From: Heterodontus francisci
Taxonomy: Eukaryota
Assembly (NCBI RefSeq): GCF_036365525.1
Contig: NC_090404.1
Location: 7,130,001-7,194,000, forward strand
Length of the DNA stretch: 64,000 nucleotides
Direction: 5' to 3'
Below the pieces are notes generated by a model. The model made no database searches, was not told the DNA's origin, and saw nothing but the letters and a program-made list of their open reading frames with translations. Below are positions 63,019 to 64,000 of the stretch, piece after piece. Each line of letters begins with the position of its first letter. The first letter of the stretch is position 1. The position numbers were made by a program, and so were the translations under genes.

Positions 63019-64000
63019 TATATAACAATAGACCCTGTCTCTCTATAAATTACACTGGACCCTGCCTCTGTATACATTGCACTAGTCCCTGTATCTGTTT
63101 ATCTCACAATAGACCCTGTCTCTGTTTACATTATATTAGACTGTTTGGTATCATATTTTATTTTATAATGCTCTTGTAAAGCACCTCAGGACTTATTATT
63201 ATGCTGATGGCACGATCTAACTGCAAGCTGTTGTTGCTTCTGTGATTGGATTCTGCTGTTGAACACGTCCAGGACTAAACCATGTTCAATCTGAAAGTGG
63301 AGTTTGTTTCTGCTGATGTCAATAACCCCTATAACTGGGCTGGAGTTTAATTTTTACATTTACCAAATAAATCAGATTTGTGTCAAACACACATTTGTTC
63401 AGTCCTTGATTTCTCCAGGACAGGAGGAAACTGATTGATGTCCTGTTAGCCACAGTTCCGTTTTTGGTCCTTTTCTGCTTTCTAACTCGACATCATTCAG
63501 TTCTTGTCGCTTCAGTTACTCTCATGTACAAGTCGCAGCGCCTCTTCCCTTCCAGACTGCCTCTCCAGCCTTGAGATCCAGGGAAGGTTATCAGTAACAT
63601 GCCCGGGATCACTAAACACAAAAACTCACTCTGTAAATCACTTTCAGCTATTGGACCTAGCCAATGCCTCACAGCATCTCTCGCACCTTCGATGTGTGAA
63701 TAGACCATCACGCCTGCATACTCGATTTAAATGTAAACTTAAATCTTCCGAGCAAATGTATTCAACAACAGATGAACACTTCACATAACTGGCGAAATAC
63801 TCAATTACTGTGATCTGCAATGCACTGGCTGAAAGGGTGGTGGAAGTAGATTCAATAAGTTTCCAAAGGGAATTGGATAAATAATTAAAAGGAAGAGTTT
63901 GCAGGGCTCTGGGGAAAGGCCAGGGGAGTGGGACTAATTGTCAACTCTTTCAAAGATGCTGCCGGCCCGACAATGCAGCTCTCTATTGACAGCAGACAGT

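Overview
Eukaryotic, cartilaginous-fish (shark) genomic DNA. From memory, the constant-region protein closely matches horn shark (Heterodontus) Ig mu; no search was run. The main content is a complete, unrearranged, apparently intact IgM heavy-chain cluster on the minus strand (~16.2-36.0 kb): promoter, leader, VH(23-RSS), D1(12/22), D2(12/12), JH(23), Cmu1-4 with secretory tailpiece, TM1/TM2 and both poly(A) sites. All splice phases are compatible. About 5-8 kb beyond its 3' end, on the opposite strand, lie two T-cell receptor alpha/delta-type V pseudogenes; one has a leader and CRE/Ets promoter, the other a residual RSS. This suggests an IgM cluster embedded in, or abutting, a TCR alpha/delta V array, with RSS geometry that would allow cis Ig-TCR chimeric joins by inversion. 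The rest is repeat-rich: CR1-like and other LINEs, a truncated Tx1 element, Penelope elements with hammerhead-ribozyme-bearing pseudo-LTRs, tRNA-derived SINEs, minisatellites, old local segmental duplications and one 128-N gap.
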